DNA of 64,000 nt from Thermomicrobiaceae bacterium (GCA_035532355.1 DATKRJ010000215.1:7247-71246), one strand, 5' to 3'. Shown: positions 48,351 through 56,288, counted from the stretch's first letter. Made by a program: numbers and translations. Notes: generated by a model from the letters alone, not told the origin.

Positions 48351-48548
48351 ATGGCAAGTACACGAGGGAGCATCGATCTGACCGGACTCGCCGAGGAGAT
48401 CCGACGCGGCGTGTCGGCCACCGCGCTCGGCATGTCGGAGGCGGCCTTTCAGCGACTGAGCGACAACATCGCGCGCGCGATCCTGCGAGCGGTGTCCGAG
48501 GGCCAGTCACAGAGCCCGGACTTCGGCGAGGAAGACCGCGGCAGCTGA
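48351..48548 (+). CDS. Hypothetical small protein (65 aa)
   Basis: GGGAGGAG lies 6 nt before the ATG. Translation: MASTRGSIDLTGLAEEIRRGVSATALGMSEAAFQRLSDNIARAILRAVSEGQSQSPDFGEEDRGS. No family was recognised. Confidence 0.5.
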   Translation: MASTRGSIDLTGLAEEIRRGVSATALGMSEAAFQRLSDNIARAILRAVSEGQSQSPDFGEEDRGS

Positions 48549-48577
48549 TCGACGCCCCCGCCCGGAATCCCCCGTCG

Positions 48578-49126
48578 CTACGCCTCGCCCAGCGGCAGGT
48601 CGTAGCGGCGTCGAATGCTGGAGCCGAGTCGGCCGATGTCGGCGCCGTAGACGTGCAGTGAAATGGCCATGCCCGGCCCCGGGTTCGCCACCTTGTGGAT
48701 GTCGCCCGGCGGGGTGAGGGCCGCCGTCGAGCCCACGGGGTTGACGGAGTGCCCGTCGGCCACCAGCACGGCGGCGTCGTCCCGCTGCTCGAGCCGGTAG
48801 CGGGTCTCGAACTCTTGCCCCTCGTGCACCCCCACCACGCACCACGAGACGTGGTCGTGGATCGGCGTCTCCTGCCCGGGCAGCCAGACCAGCGCCACCA
48901 CCGAGAAGCTCCCGTCGGGCTCGACGTGCAGCACGTGCTGCCGGTAGTGGGACGGGTCCGGCTGACGCTGCGCCTCGGTCAGGAAACTCGGGTCAGCGAG
49001 CAGCGGCGCGAGCACGTCGGCGACCCGGGCTGAGCGCCGCTCGACGTCCGGCTCGTGCGCGATCGCCCCGCGGATGCCCGCGACGAGCTGCTCGAGCGAG
49101 GTATGCCTGGTCGGGGTCATCGTCAT
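48578..49126 (-). CDS. Cysteine dioxygenase type I-like cupin protein
   Basis: YRQHVLHVEPDGSFSVVALVWLPGQETPIHDHVSWCVVGVHEGQE...GDIHKVAN, with cupin His ligands. AAGGAGGG precedes the ATG. Confidence 0.7.
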   Translation of the reverse strand: MTMTPTRHTSLEQLVAGIRGAIAHEPDVERRSARVADVLAPLLADPSFLTEAQRQPDPSHYRQHVLHVEPDGSFSVVALVWLPGQETPIHDHVSWCVVGVHEGQEFETRYRLEQRDDAAVLVADGHSVNPVGSTAALTPPGDIHKVANPGPGMAISLHVYGADIGRLGSSIRRRYDLPLGEA

Positions 49127-49511
49127 CGCCGTTATCCCTCCTTTGGCCGACGCCGGCCGTCCGCTCGTGCCTGCAGACGGGCGTCCGGATGCACTACCAG
49201 GGGATCATATCAACATGATCGCCTGCTCGCCGATCATCTGCCAGCTGCCGCCGCCCGCGCACCGCGTCGTCGCCCTGGCGCGGTTGGCTGGGCGTCCGAA
49301 TTGCCCCCGCGATCTCTGTGCGGCGGCGGAACACGCCGGAGATGACACGGTACTGTCGCGTTTCTGCAATGATCGCCCCTCCTACGTGGACGATTAATGG
49401 ACCATCACGGCGCTAGTCTGACGCGAGTAACTGGACTGCACGGTGCGAGCCGGCCCCGCGTCGGTAGGATGGCCGCGTGATCTGGCCGGCCCGCGGTGAG
49501 AGGAGACCTTC

Positions 49512-51131
49512 ATGCTCCCGACGCGGATCACTCGGTTCCTGGTTGGGTCGCTCCTTCTGCTCGCGCTCATGCCGGCGTTGCCGGCCGCTGCGCAGACACC
49601 CGCCGTCACCACGATCCACCAGTTCGGCACACCCGGCAACGACGATGCGCGCCCCGTCGCGGTCGATGGCGACGGCTACGTCTACGTGGCCGGCTACACC
49701 CCCGGGGTTCTCCGCGGCCAGACGAGCGCCGGTGGTAACGACGCCCTTGTCCGCCAGTACCTCCCGAACGGCTCGGAAGGCTGGACCCGCCAGTTCGGCG
49801 GCTCCGACGATGATTTCGCCTACGGCCTGGCGGTCGACTCGAACGGCAACGTTTAGGTGGCGGGCTACACTCAGGGCGTCTTGCCGGGCCAGACCAGCGC
49901 CGGTTCCGCCGACGCCTTCGTGCGCCAGTACACACGCAGCGGTGTTGAAGGCTGGACTCATCAATTCGGCTCGTCGAGCATCGAATATGCCTACGCCGTT
50001 GCCACCGACGAGGACGGCCACGTCGACGTGGCGGGCCAGACGCTCGGCACCCTGCCCGGTCAGACGAGTGCCGGTGGCTACGACAACTTCTTGCGGCAAT
50101 ACGACGGCAACGGTAACGAGGTCTGGACCCGCCAGTTCGGGGGAACCTCCAGCGAGGCGGTTAGTGGCGTGGCGGTGGACGCTGCCGGCGACATCTACCT
50201 TGCGGGCCTGACGTATGGCACGCTGCCGGGCCAGACCAGCGCGGGAGACAAGGACGGGTATCTGGCCGTCCTGTCCCAGACCGAGACCGACGAAACCGCA
50301 CCGGTGACCACCGCCTCGGTCACGCCGGAGCCCAACGTCAACGGCTGGAACAACAGCCCGGTCACGGTCACCCTTCAATCCAGTGACGAACCGGGTGGCG
50401 CAGGCGTCGAGGCGACCTACTCCATCCTCGACGGCAATCCGCGGCAGTCCTACACCGGGCCTATCGCCGTCACCCTCGAGGGCGTTCACACCCTCCAGTA
50501 CTGGAGCGTTGACGCCGCCGAAAACGTGGAGACTGCCCACTCGCTGACACTGCGGATCGACACCAAGGCCCCTGAGGTGGCTCTTGCCTTCGATCCGGCG
50601 AGTCGAGACCTCTCCGTGACCGCCACCGACGACGGCTCGGGCATCCCCTCGACCGTGCTTGCCAGTCGTGCCGCCGCCGCCTGGACGGCTCAGGACAGCC
50701 TTCCCGCCATCACGACCACCCCGTCGGTGTCCTCCGGGGGTCTGTTCAACGCCGAGCTGCGCACCTACGTCCTGACGGATCGGGCCGGCAACACGCTGAC
50801 CGTCGTCGTCAAGGTGCAGAAGATCGGCGGTCCGGCCTTTGGCACGCTCAACGCGCACGTGGTGAGCGTGCGTTACGGCAGCGGCCCCCCCTATATCCCC
50901 ACCGGACAGCTGCAGGCACAGTGGATCGCCGCGGGTTCGGCCAACCCCCTGATCCTGACCCAGCACTTTCTGTCCGGCAGTGGGATGTCCCGGCAGGAGC
51001 GGACCACCCTCTATACCGGCAGCAGCACCACGGTCTTCGACCTGGTCCACGGCGGCAGCCAGCGACTGAGCGGGATGGCCCTGCCGCAGCTCCACAGCAG
51101 CCAGGGCACGCTGCACATCGACCTGCCGTAG
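49512..51131 (+). pseudogene. Secreted beta-propeller (SBBP-type) repeat protein with C-terminal Ig/OmpL47-like domains, interrupted by one in-frame TAG at 49854-49856
   Basis: The track ORFs 49512-49856 and 49857-51131 share one frame. Signal peptide LLLLALMPALPAAAQ. Repeats G.G.VYVAGYT.G.LPGQTSAG..DAFVRQY. The TAG sits where the other repeats have Tyr or Asp. Confidence 0.7.
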
Positions 51132-51153
51132 TCGCGCCCACGATTGCTCGTAG

Positions 51154-51180
51154 CCGGCCGCCCTCCTGCCGGGCGGCCGG
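51154..51180 (+). terminator. Hairpin terminator after the propeller gene
   Basis: ccggccgccc / gggcggccgg 10-bp stem with a 7-nt loop. The T-tract is weak (ttcgcctttc). Confidence 0.45.
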
Positions 51181-51360
51181 TTCGCCTTTCCGGCCGACCC
51201 GCCCAGCCGCCTCGTCAAACGGCGACCCAACCTCTCGTAGTTGTGCTACGCCAGGACCTTGCTGGGTCCTCTCGATCCCGATTCAGCCATCTGGCTGCCG
51301 CTTCTGTTCCGGGACAAGGATTTGGCGCCCTCCGAGCGCCGGCCCACGTCTCGCCGGGCG

Positions 51361-51390
51361 TTGACATTCCTCGACCGATACCTCTAGAAT
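51361..51390 (+). promoter_or_regulatory. Near-consensus sigma70 promoter of the exporter/GNAT operon
   Basis: TTGACA (51361-51366), 18-nt spacer, TAGAAT (51385-51390). Confidence 0.6.
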
Positions 51391-51396
51391 GGCCGG

Positions 51397-51633
51397 GTCG
51401 GCTTCGCATGGAGCACGTCGCGGCGCAGGCCCTTGGGCATGGGAAGGTACGCTAGATGAGCGCGAACCTCGAATTCCACAGCCGGCTGATGGACCGCTCC
51501 CGTGGTGGCGGTTCCATCGTGCGGCCTGTGGGGCGGAGCTGCCTGCCGGCGGGATGACGTGACGCGCTGACACCAGCTGAGTCAATCCCGCCGCGGGCCG
51601 AGCAACAAAATCTCGCCCGCGGTTTTTGTTTGT
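51397..51633 (+). promoter_or_regulatory. Structured 5' leader (attenuator or riboswitch candidate) ending in an intrinsic terminator
   Basis: Hairpin at 51488-51518. CGGCGGGA (51547-51554) can pair with TCCCGCCG (51586-51593), which overlaps the terminator 5' arm. Two abutting uORFs lie at 51408-51455 and 51456-51557. The first structural gene starts 37 nt after the T-tract. Confidence 0.5.
51591..51633 (+). terminator. Rho-independent terminator inside the leader
   Basis: Stem ccgcgggc(c)gag / ctcgcccgcgg with one bulge, loop caacaaaat, then tttttgtttgt. Confidence 0.7.
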
Positions 51634-51669
51634 CCAGCCAACGGGCGAGCCGTGCAGAGAGGCGAACGC

Positions 51670-52539
51670 ATGCGAACCGGTGGTGGCCAGCCAATTCTTG
51701 CGACCGGAGGTCCCAGGCAGGTCGACGCGGTCGCCGTCGAGCACCTCTCCAAGCGCTTCGTCCGGCGCTCGCTGATCCGGCATCGTCCGATCCAGACGGT
51801 CCACGCGCTCGACGACGTGAGCTTCAGCGTCCGTCAGCAGGAGATCTTCGGCGTCCTCGGGGTGAACGGCTCTGGCAAGTCGACGCTCATCCGAGTTCTT
51901 TCGACGCTGCTGATCCCGGATGCGGGGTCCGTCCGCGTCTTTGGGTACGACATCGGTCGCGACGAGGCGGCGGTGAAGCGCCTGATCAACCGCGTTTCGG
52001 TGGAGGCGTCGTTCTTCAAGAAGCTCTCGGCGATGGAGAACCTGCTCTACGCGGTCCGCCTCTACGGCCGCGGTGGGGCCGGCCTGCGCCGGGAAATCGA
52101 GCAAATTCTGGTGGCGCTGGGGCTGGAGCGCCCCCGCATCGGCCAGCCGCTCGAGCAGCTTTCACGTGGGATGCAGCAGAAGGTGGCGATCGCGCGCGCC
52201 TTCCTGACGTCTCCGGTGCTCCTCCTGCTCGACGAGCCGACTACGGGACTCGACCCGCGCTCGAAGAAGGACGTGCAGGAGTTCGTCATCCGCCTGCGCG
52301 ACGAGCACGACGCCACCATCATCCTGTGCAGCCACGACATGGACGAGGCCGAGCGGCTGTGCGACCGGATCGCCGTGCTCGACGGGGGTCGACTGGTGGC
52401 AATCGACACGCCGACCGGCCTGAGGAGACGGGCCGCCGCGGGGGCCGGCCTACCCGACCTGACCCTCGAGCAGACGTTCATTCAGCTCACGGGTCGGCCG
52501 CCCGACGCGGTCGACGTCGAGGACGGGCAGGTCGCCTGA
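51670..52539 (+). CDS. ABC transporter ATP-binding protein (ABC-2/DrrA-like exporter type)
   Basis: Walker A GVNGSGKST, signature LSRGMQQK and Walker B LLLLDEPTTGLDP. Confidence 0.85.
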   Translation: MRTGGGQPILATGGPRQVDAVAVEHLSKRFVRRSLIRHRPIQTVHALDDVSFSVRQQEIFGVLGVNGSGKSTLIRVLSTLLIPDAGSVRVFGYDIGRDEAAVKRLINRVSVEASFFKKLSAMENLLYAVRLYGRGGAGLRREIEQILVALGLERPRIGQPLEQLSRGMQQKVAIARAFLTSPVLLLLDEPTTGLDPRSKKDVQEFVIRLRDEHDATIILCSHDMDEAERLCDRIAVLDGGRLVAIDTPTGLRRRAAAGAGLPDLTLEQTFIQLTGRPPDAVDVEDGQVA

Positions 52540-52569
52540 CGGCCTGGCGCCGGCGCGAATGGGGGATCG

Positions 52570-53409
52570 ATGGCCGATTCATGGAGTCACTCGTCTCCGG
52601 GAGCCGGGGGACTGTGGCGCGAGGTCAGGGCGTCCTACGCCTTCGTCGAGCGCAACGTGTTCCTGGTCCGCCGTTACTGGGGCTGGGAGATTGCGTTTCT
52701 GGTCTACAACGTCACGTCTTCGCTAAGCGTCATGTACATCGGCAAGGCCCAGCAGGTCCAGGGAGACCAGTTGATCCTGTACCTCGGGATCGGCACGCTC
52801 GTGTGGTCCTACCTGCGCTCGGTGTTCGCGAACATCAGCGAGATGATCTCCTGGGAGCGCTGGGAGGGGACCATCGAGTACACGATGATGGCGCCGGTCT
52901 CACGCCTGACGCACATGCTCGGCGTGTCGCTGTTCAGTGTGGCCTACGGCATCGTTCGCACGGCCGTGCTGCTGGGCGCGCTGGCGCTGTTCTTCGACGT
53001 CAGCCTGGGGCACGCCAACTTCGTCGGAGCGCTGGTCGTCATCCTCATCGGCAGCCTGTCCTTCATCGGCATCGGGATCATGGCGGCCGTCCTGCCGCTC
53101 CTCTTCACCGAGCGGGGTGAGGAGATGACGTTCATCATCTCGTCGGTCCTGCTGCTCGTCTCGGGCGTCTACTACCCGATCTCGGTGCTGCCGGGCTGGA
53201 TGCAGACGGTTGCCCGCATCTCGCCGGCCACCTACGTCCTCGACGGCATGCGCGCCACCGTGCTCGACGGAGCGGGCACCGGGCAGGTCCTCCGCTACCT
53301 GGTGCCGATGGCGCTCATCGGCGCGATCACCATTCCGCTCGGCATGGCCGTCTTCTCGTCGGTCGAGCGCTACGCCAAGCGAACTGGACGCCTGAAGCGC
53401 AGCGGCTAG
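52570..53409 (+). CDS. ABC-2 type transporter permease
   Basis: About 6 TM helices. N-terminal FVERNVFLVRRYWGWEI typical of ABC-2 permeases. Follows the ATPase by 30 nt. Confidence 0.75.
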   Translation: MADSWSHSSPGAGGLWREVRASYAFVERNVFLVRRYWGWEIAFLVYNVTSSLSVMYIGKAQQVQGDQLILYLGIGTLVWSYLRSVFANISEMISWERWEGTIEYTMMAPVSRLTHMLGVSLFSVAYGIVRTAVLLGALALFFDVSLGHANFVGALVVILIGSLSFIGIGIMAAVLPLLFTERGEEMTFIISSVLLLVSGVYYPISVLPGWMQTVARISPATYVLDGMRATVLDGAGTGQVLRYLVPMALIGAITIPLGMAVFSSVERYAKRTGRLKRSG

Positions 53410-53451
53410 GCCGCGCGACGACGCGTTTCGAGACGTGTGAAAGGAGTACCC

Positions 53452-53967
53452 GTGCGAGCCGTCTACCTGACCGGTCCGACCGTCTACCTGCGCGCCCTCG
53501 CCGAGAGCGACGCGGAGTCGGCCGCGGCCTGGTTCGACAGCCTCTTCCCGATCAACGCCTCCCGCGCGGCCGAGTTTCTCCGTGAGGAGCACCAGGAGCC
53601 CTGGTCCAGGCGCCGGACACTGGCCATCGCGCGCAACGACGGCGGCGAGGTCGTCGGCGGAGCCCGCCTGCGCATCGATGGCCGCTCGGCTCAGCTCGGA
53701 TTCCACATGGCGCCGTGGGCGCCCGACGCGGACGACCTGCGCGGCGAGGCGCTGGGCCTGCTGGTGCCGTGGCTGCGCGGTGAATTGGAGTGCCTGGTCG
53801 TCAGCACCGAGATTCCGGCCGACGAGGCCGCGACGCTGCGGGCAGCGGAAGCCGCGGGGATGCGCTGCCGCGTGCGCCTGCGCGAGCACGTGGCGCGCGG
53901 CGGCCAGCGGGTCGACCTGCTCATCTACCAGTCCGTCGACCCCACGCTGGAGGGCGCCGATGCGTAA
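53452..53967 (+). CDS. GNAT family (RimJ/RimL-like) acetyltransferase paralogue 1, with a degenerate acetyl-CoA motif
   Basis: AAGGAG lies 5 nt before the GTG. The N-terminus VYLRALAESDAESAAAWF parallels the next two genes. The R-G-x-G-x-G position reads DADDLRGEA. Confidence 0.65.
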   Translation: MRAVYLTGPTVYLRALAESDAESAAAWFDSLFPINASRAAEFLREEHQEPWSRRRTLAIARNDGGEVVGGARLRIDGRSAQLGFHMAPWAPDADDLRGEALGLLVPWLRGELECLVVSTEIPADEAATLRAAEAAGMRCRVRLREHVARGGQRVDLLIYQSVDPTLEGADA

Positions 53968-54568
53968 CCAGATCCTTGCCGGCGAGCGGCTGTACCTCCG
54001 CCCCCTCGAGACGTCCGACGCCGCCTCGCTTGCGGCGTTCTCCGCCGCCGAGACGGAAAGCTTCTTCGACGAAGGGCGCGTGCCGCACAGCCCGATCGCC
54101 CTCGAGCACTGGATCACGGAGCTCCACCGGCGGCAGCCGCCACGTGCGATCCAGCTCGCCGTCTGTCTGCGCGAGGACGACCAGTTCATCGGCATGCTCG
54201 GCGTCTCGAGGCTGGACTGGGTGAACCGGACCGGCGAGAGCGAGAGCTACCTGGGCGACGTCGCCGCGCGCGGCAAGGGCTACGGCCCGGAGGCAAAGTG
54301 GCTGCTGCTGGAGTACATCTTCGACCATCTGCAGCTCCACGTCATCCGGTCGTTCGTCTGGCAGCCGAACTGGCGCTCGGCCGCCGCGGTGCGCCACCAG
54401 GGCTACCGGGAGGCCGGCCGGCTCCAGACAACCGCCACGAAGCACGGGGTCTACCAGGGGGAGTTCGTCTTCGACCTGCTGCGCGACGAGTACCTGGCCG
54501 GTCGCGAGCGCTGGCGCGCCGAGCAGGCGGGGCGGAAGCAGCGCGTGACCGGCGCCATCGGTGCGTGA
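53960..54568 (+). CDS. GNAT family (RimJ/RimL-like) N-acetyltransferase paralogue 2
   Basis: LYLRPLETSDAASLAAF and motif A ARGKGYGPEA. Overlaps paralogue 1 by 8 nt. Confidence 0.8.
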   Translation: MRNQILAGERLYLRPLETSDAASLAAFSAAETESFFDEGRVPHSPIALEHWITELHRRQPPRAIQLAVCLREDDQFIGMLGVSRLDWVNRTGESESYLGDVAARGKGYGPEAKWLLLEYIFDHLQLHVIRSFVWQPNWRSAAAVRHQGYREAGRLQTTATKHGVYQGEFVFDLLRDEYLAGRERWRAEQAGRKQRVTGAIGA

Positions 54569-54572
54569 GCCA

Positions 54573-55154
54573 ATGGCTCGCGGCCCGCGGGTGTATCTGA
54601 GGCCGCTCGAGGAGTCCGACGCCGCCGCACTGGCCGGCTTCACCGCGGACGAGACCGAGACGTTCTTTCTCGGCCGCGGTCGCATCCCGGCTAGCCCGCT
54701 TGCATTCGCCGCGTGGATCCGCAACATCGGCGCGCGGCAGCCGCCTCAGACGCTGGAGCTGGCCGTCTGCCGCGTCACCGATGACCACCTGCTGGGCTAC
54801 GTCGGCGTCTGGGAACTGGACTGGGTACACGGCACGGGCGAGGTCGACATCGCGCTGTGGCCCGCGTCGGAGCGCGGCCGGGGATACGGCACTGAGGCGC
54901 TGCGACTGCTGCTCGACCTCACGTTCGGCACGTATCAGCTGCGCGCCCTGCGTGCCTTCGTCTGGAGCGCGAACGCCCGCTCGGCGGCTGTCCTCACGCG
55001 CGTCGGGTTCCGACCGGCCGGGCGTCTCCGCACCGCGGTGGTCAAGAGCGGGTTTCATCTCGACCAGCGGGCCTTCGACATGACGGACCGCGACTGGTTG
55101 AGCCCGGTTCGAGCCGGGAACACCAAGATCTGCAGCGGCACGTATCAAGTTTAG
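54573..55154 (+). CDS. GNAT family (RimJ/RimL-like) N-acetyltransferase paralogue 3
   Basis: VYLRPLEESDAAALAGF and motif A ERGRGYGTEA. Starts 5 nt after paralogue 2. Confidence 0.8.
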   Translation: MARGPRVYLRPLEESDAAALAGFTADETETFFLGRGRIPASPLAFAAWIRNIGARQPPQTLELAVCRVTDDHLLGYVGVWELDWVHGTGEVDIALWPASERGRGYGTEALRLLLDLTFGTYQLRALRAFVWSANARSAAVLTRVGFRPAGRLRTAVVKSGFHLDQRAFDMTDRDWLSPVRAGNTKICSGTYQV

Positions 55155-55199
55155 TTCGCCGGTCCCCATAAGAGCGTCGGCGATCTGGCATACTTCTCG

Positions 55200-55937
55200 A
55201 TGTCCCGTTCATGTTCCGGGACCAGAACGCGAGGAACCGTGCTTCTGCTCTCCCTGTTCTTCCTCCTCGGCGTGGCGGCGCTGAGTGTCACCGCCGCGGT
55301 TGGCACAAACCTGGCCGCGCTCAGCGCGCTCCTCGCCGCGCCCGGTCAGTTCGGGCTGCTCTTGCGTGACCGGCACGCCCGCCGCAACCTCGCCCTGGGT
55401 CACGCGACGGTCAACATCTTGCGGCAGCGCTCCGGGCACTCGGGTCTGGTCGCGCTGGCGAGCCCCGCGGGGTTCGTCGTCCGGGGCGGAGCCTCTCCGG
55501 CCATGGTCGCGGACGCGGCGTCCGAGGCGCTGGCTCGACTGCGCGCCGGAGAACGAACGCTGGCGGTCGATCCGCGCAGCGCCGCCGCCCTGCTGGCGAC
55601 GGACATGGGGCTGGCTGCTGCCGTCGTTGCGGTGCTGCTCCTCACCGATACCTCCGGTCTGGCCGCGGCAATCGCGGGCCTCGCGCTGGTGGCGCTCGTC
55701 GGTCCGCGCCTCAGCTCCGTCCTGCAGCGACACCTCACGACCGACGCGCACCTGGGTTCGCTGGCCATCAGGGGGATCCAAATCGAGGCCCCGTCCGGAA
55801 TCCGCGGTCTGCTCACGCTGGTGATGCTGGGACCGGTGCTCGTTCAAACGTCCGACGTACAAACCGCGGCGCCGGTCGACCGGCAGACTCCACCGATGCG
55901 GGAGATGATCGCGGTCGAGAACTTCACGGTGCGCTAA
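55200..55937 (+). CDS. Hypothetical Ala/Leu-rich membrane protein
   Basis: 245-aa ORF with at least three hydrophobic segments (LLLSLFFLLGVAALSV, LAAAVVAVLLL, LAAAIAGLALVALV). No family was recognised. Same strand, 45 nt after GNAT 3. Confidence 0.5.
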   Translation: MSRSCSGTRTRGTVLLLSLFFLLGVAALSVTAAVGTNLAALSALLAAPGQFGLLLRDRHARRNLALGHATVNILRQRSGHSGLVALASPAGFVVRGGASPAMVADAASEALARLRAGERTLAVDPRSAAALLATDMGLAAAVVAVLLLTDTSGLAAAIAGLALVALVGPRLSSVLQRHLTTDAHLGSLAIRGIQIEAPSGIRGLLTLVMLGPVLVQTSDVQTAAPVDRQTPPMREMIAVENFTVR

Positions 55938-56288
55938 CGGCCCTTCGCCAGTCGGAGGGCGGCCAGCAGACACGTTCGACGGAGATTCCCTTGTGGGGTG
56001 TAAGTCAGGTGATGGTTGTCGCCCCCGATTCGATGGGCGACGGGTCCGCGAGGTGTGGGTGCGGAGGAGTGCCCCCGGCGGACCTGTACGCCGGCCCGGC
56101 GGCAAGCCAGATCACACCAACGATGTCCGGGCTAGCGACGGGAGCGCGGGCGAGCGACCCGAACCGGGGCGGGCATCGGACTGGGACTCAGAAGCTGCCA
56201 GAGTCGGTTCCATCCATCACGGATAGCGACCAGTAGCGTGTCGACCATGGCCGAGTCTTCCTCCTTCGGCTCTTGACCGCCGGGGCGG

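Noticed and set aside
49413-51230. A 605-aa minus-strand ORF.
   Set aside because: It is antisense to the signal-peptide-bearing SBBP repeat gene, whose internal repeats and domain logic are clear.
51497-51560. GTGGTGGCGG (T-box-like) and GCCGGCGGGATGA (ykkC/guanidine-I-like) strings in the exporter leader.
   Set aside because: The matches are only partial. The T-box GGUGGUACCGCG and the specifier, AG-bay and other elements are absent. The ykkC blocks GGUCCGAGAG and GCCCGGGAGA are also absent.
52900-54195. A 431-aa minus-strand ORF. The same reasoning applies to 10467-11930, 7253-8602, 9120-10301, 27036-28982 and 15092-16159.
   Set aside because: All are antisense to genes with strong motif support (ABC-2 permease and GNATs, ilvE, ROK kinase, SBP, PBP1A, priA and the desaturase). 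They have low-complexity Arg/Gly/Asp-rich translations.
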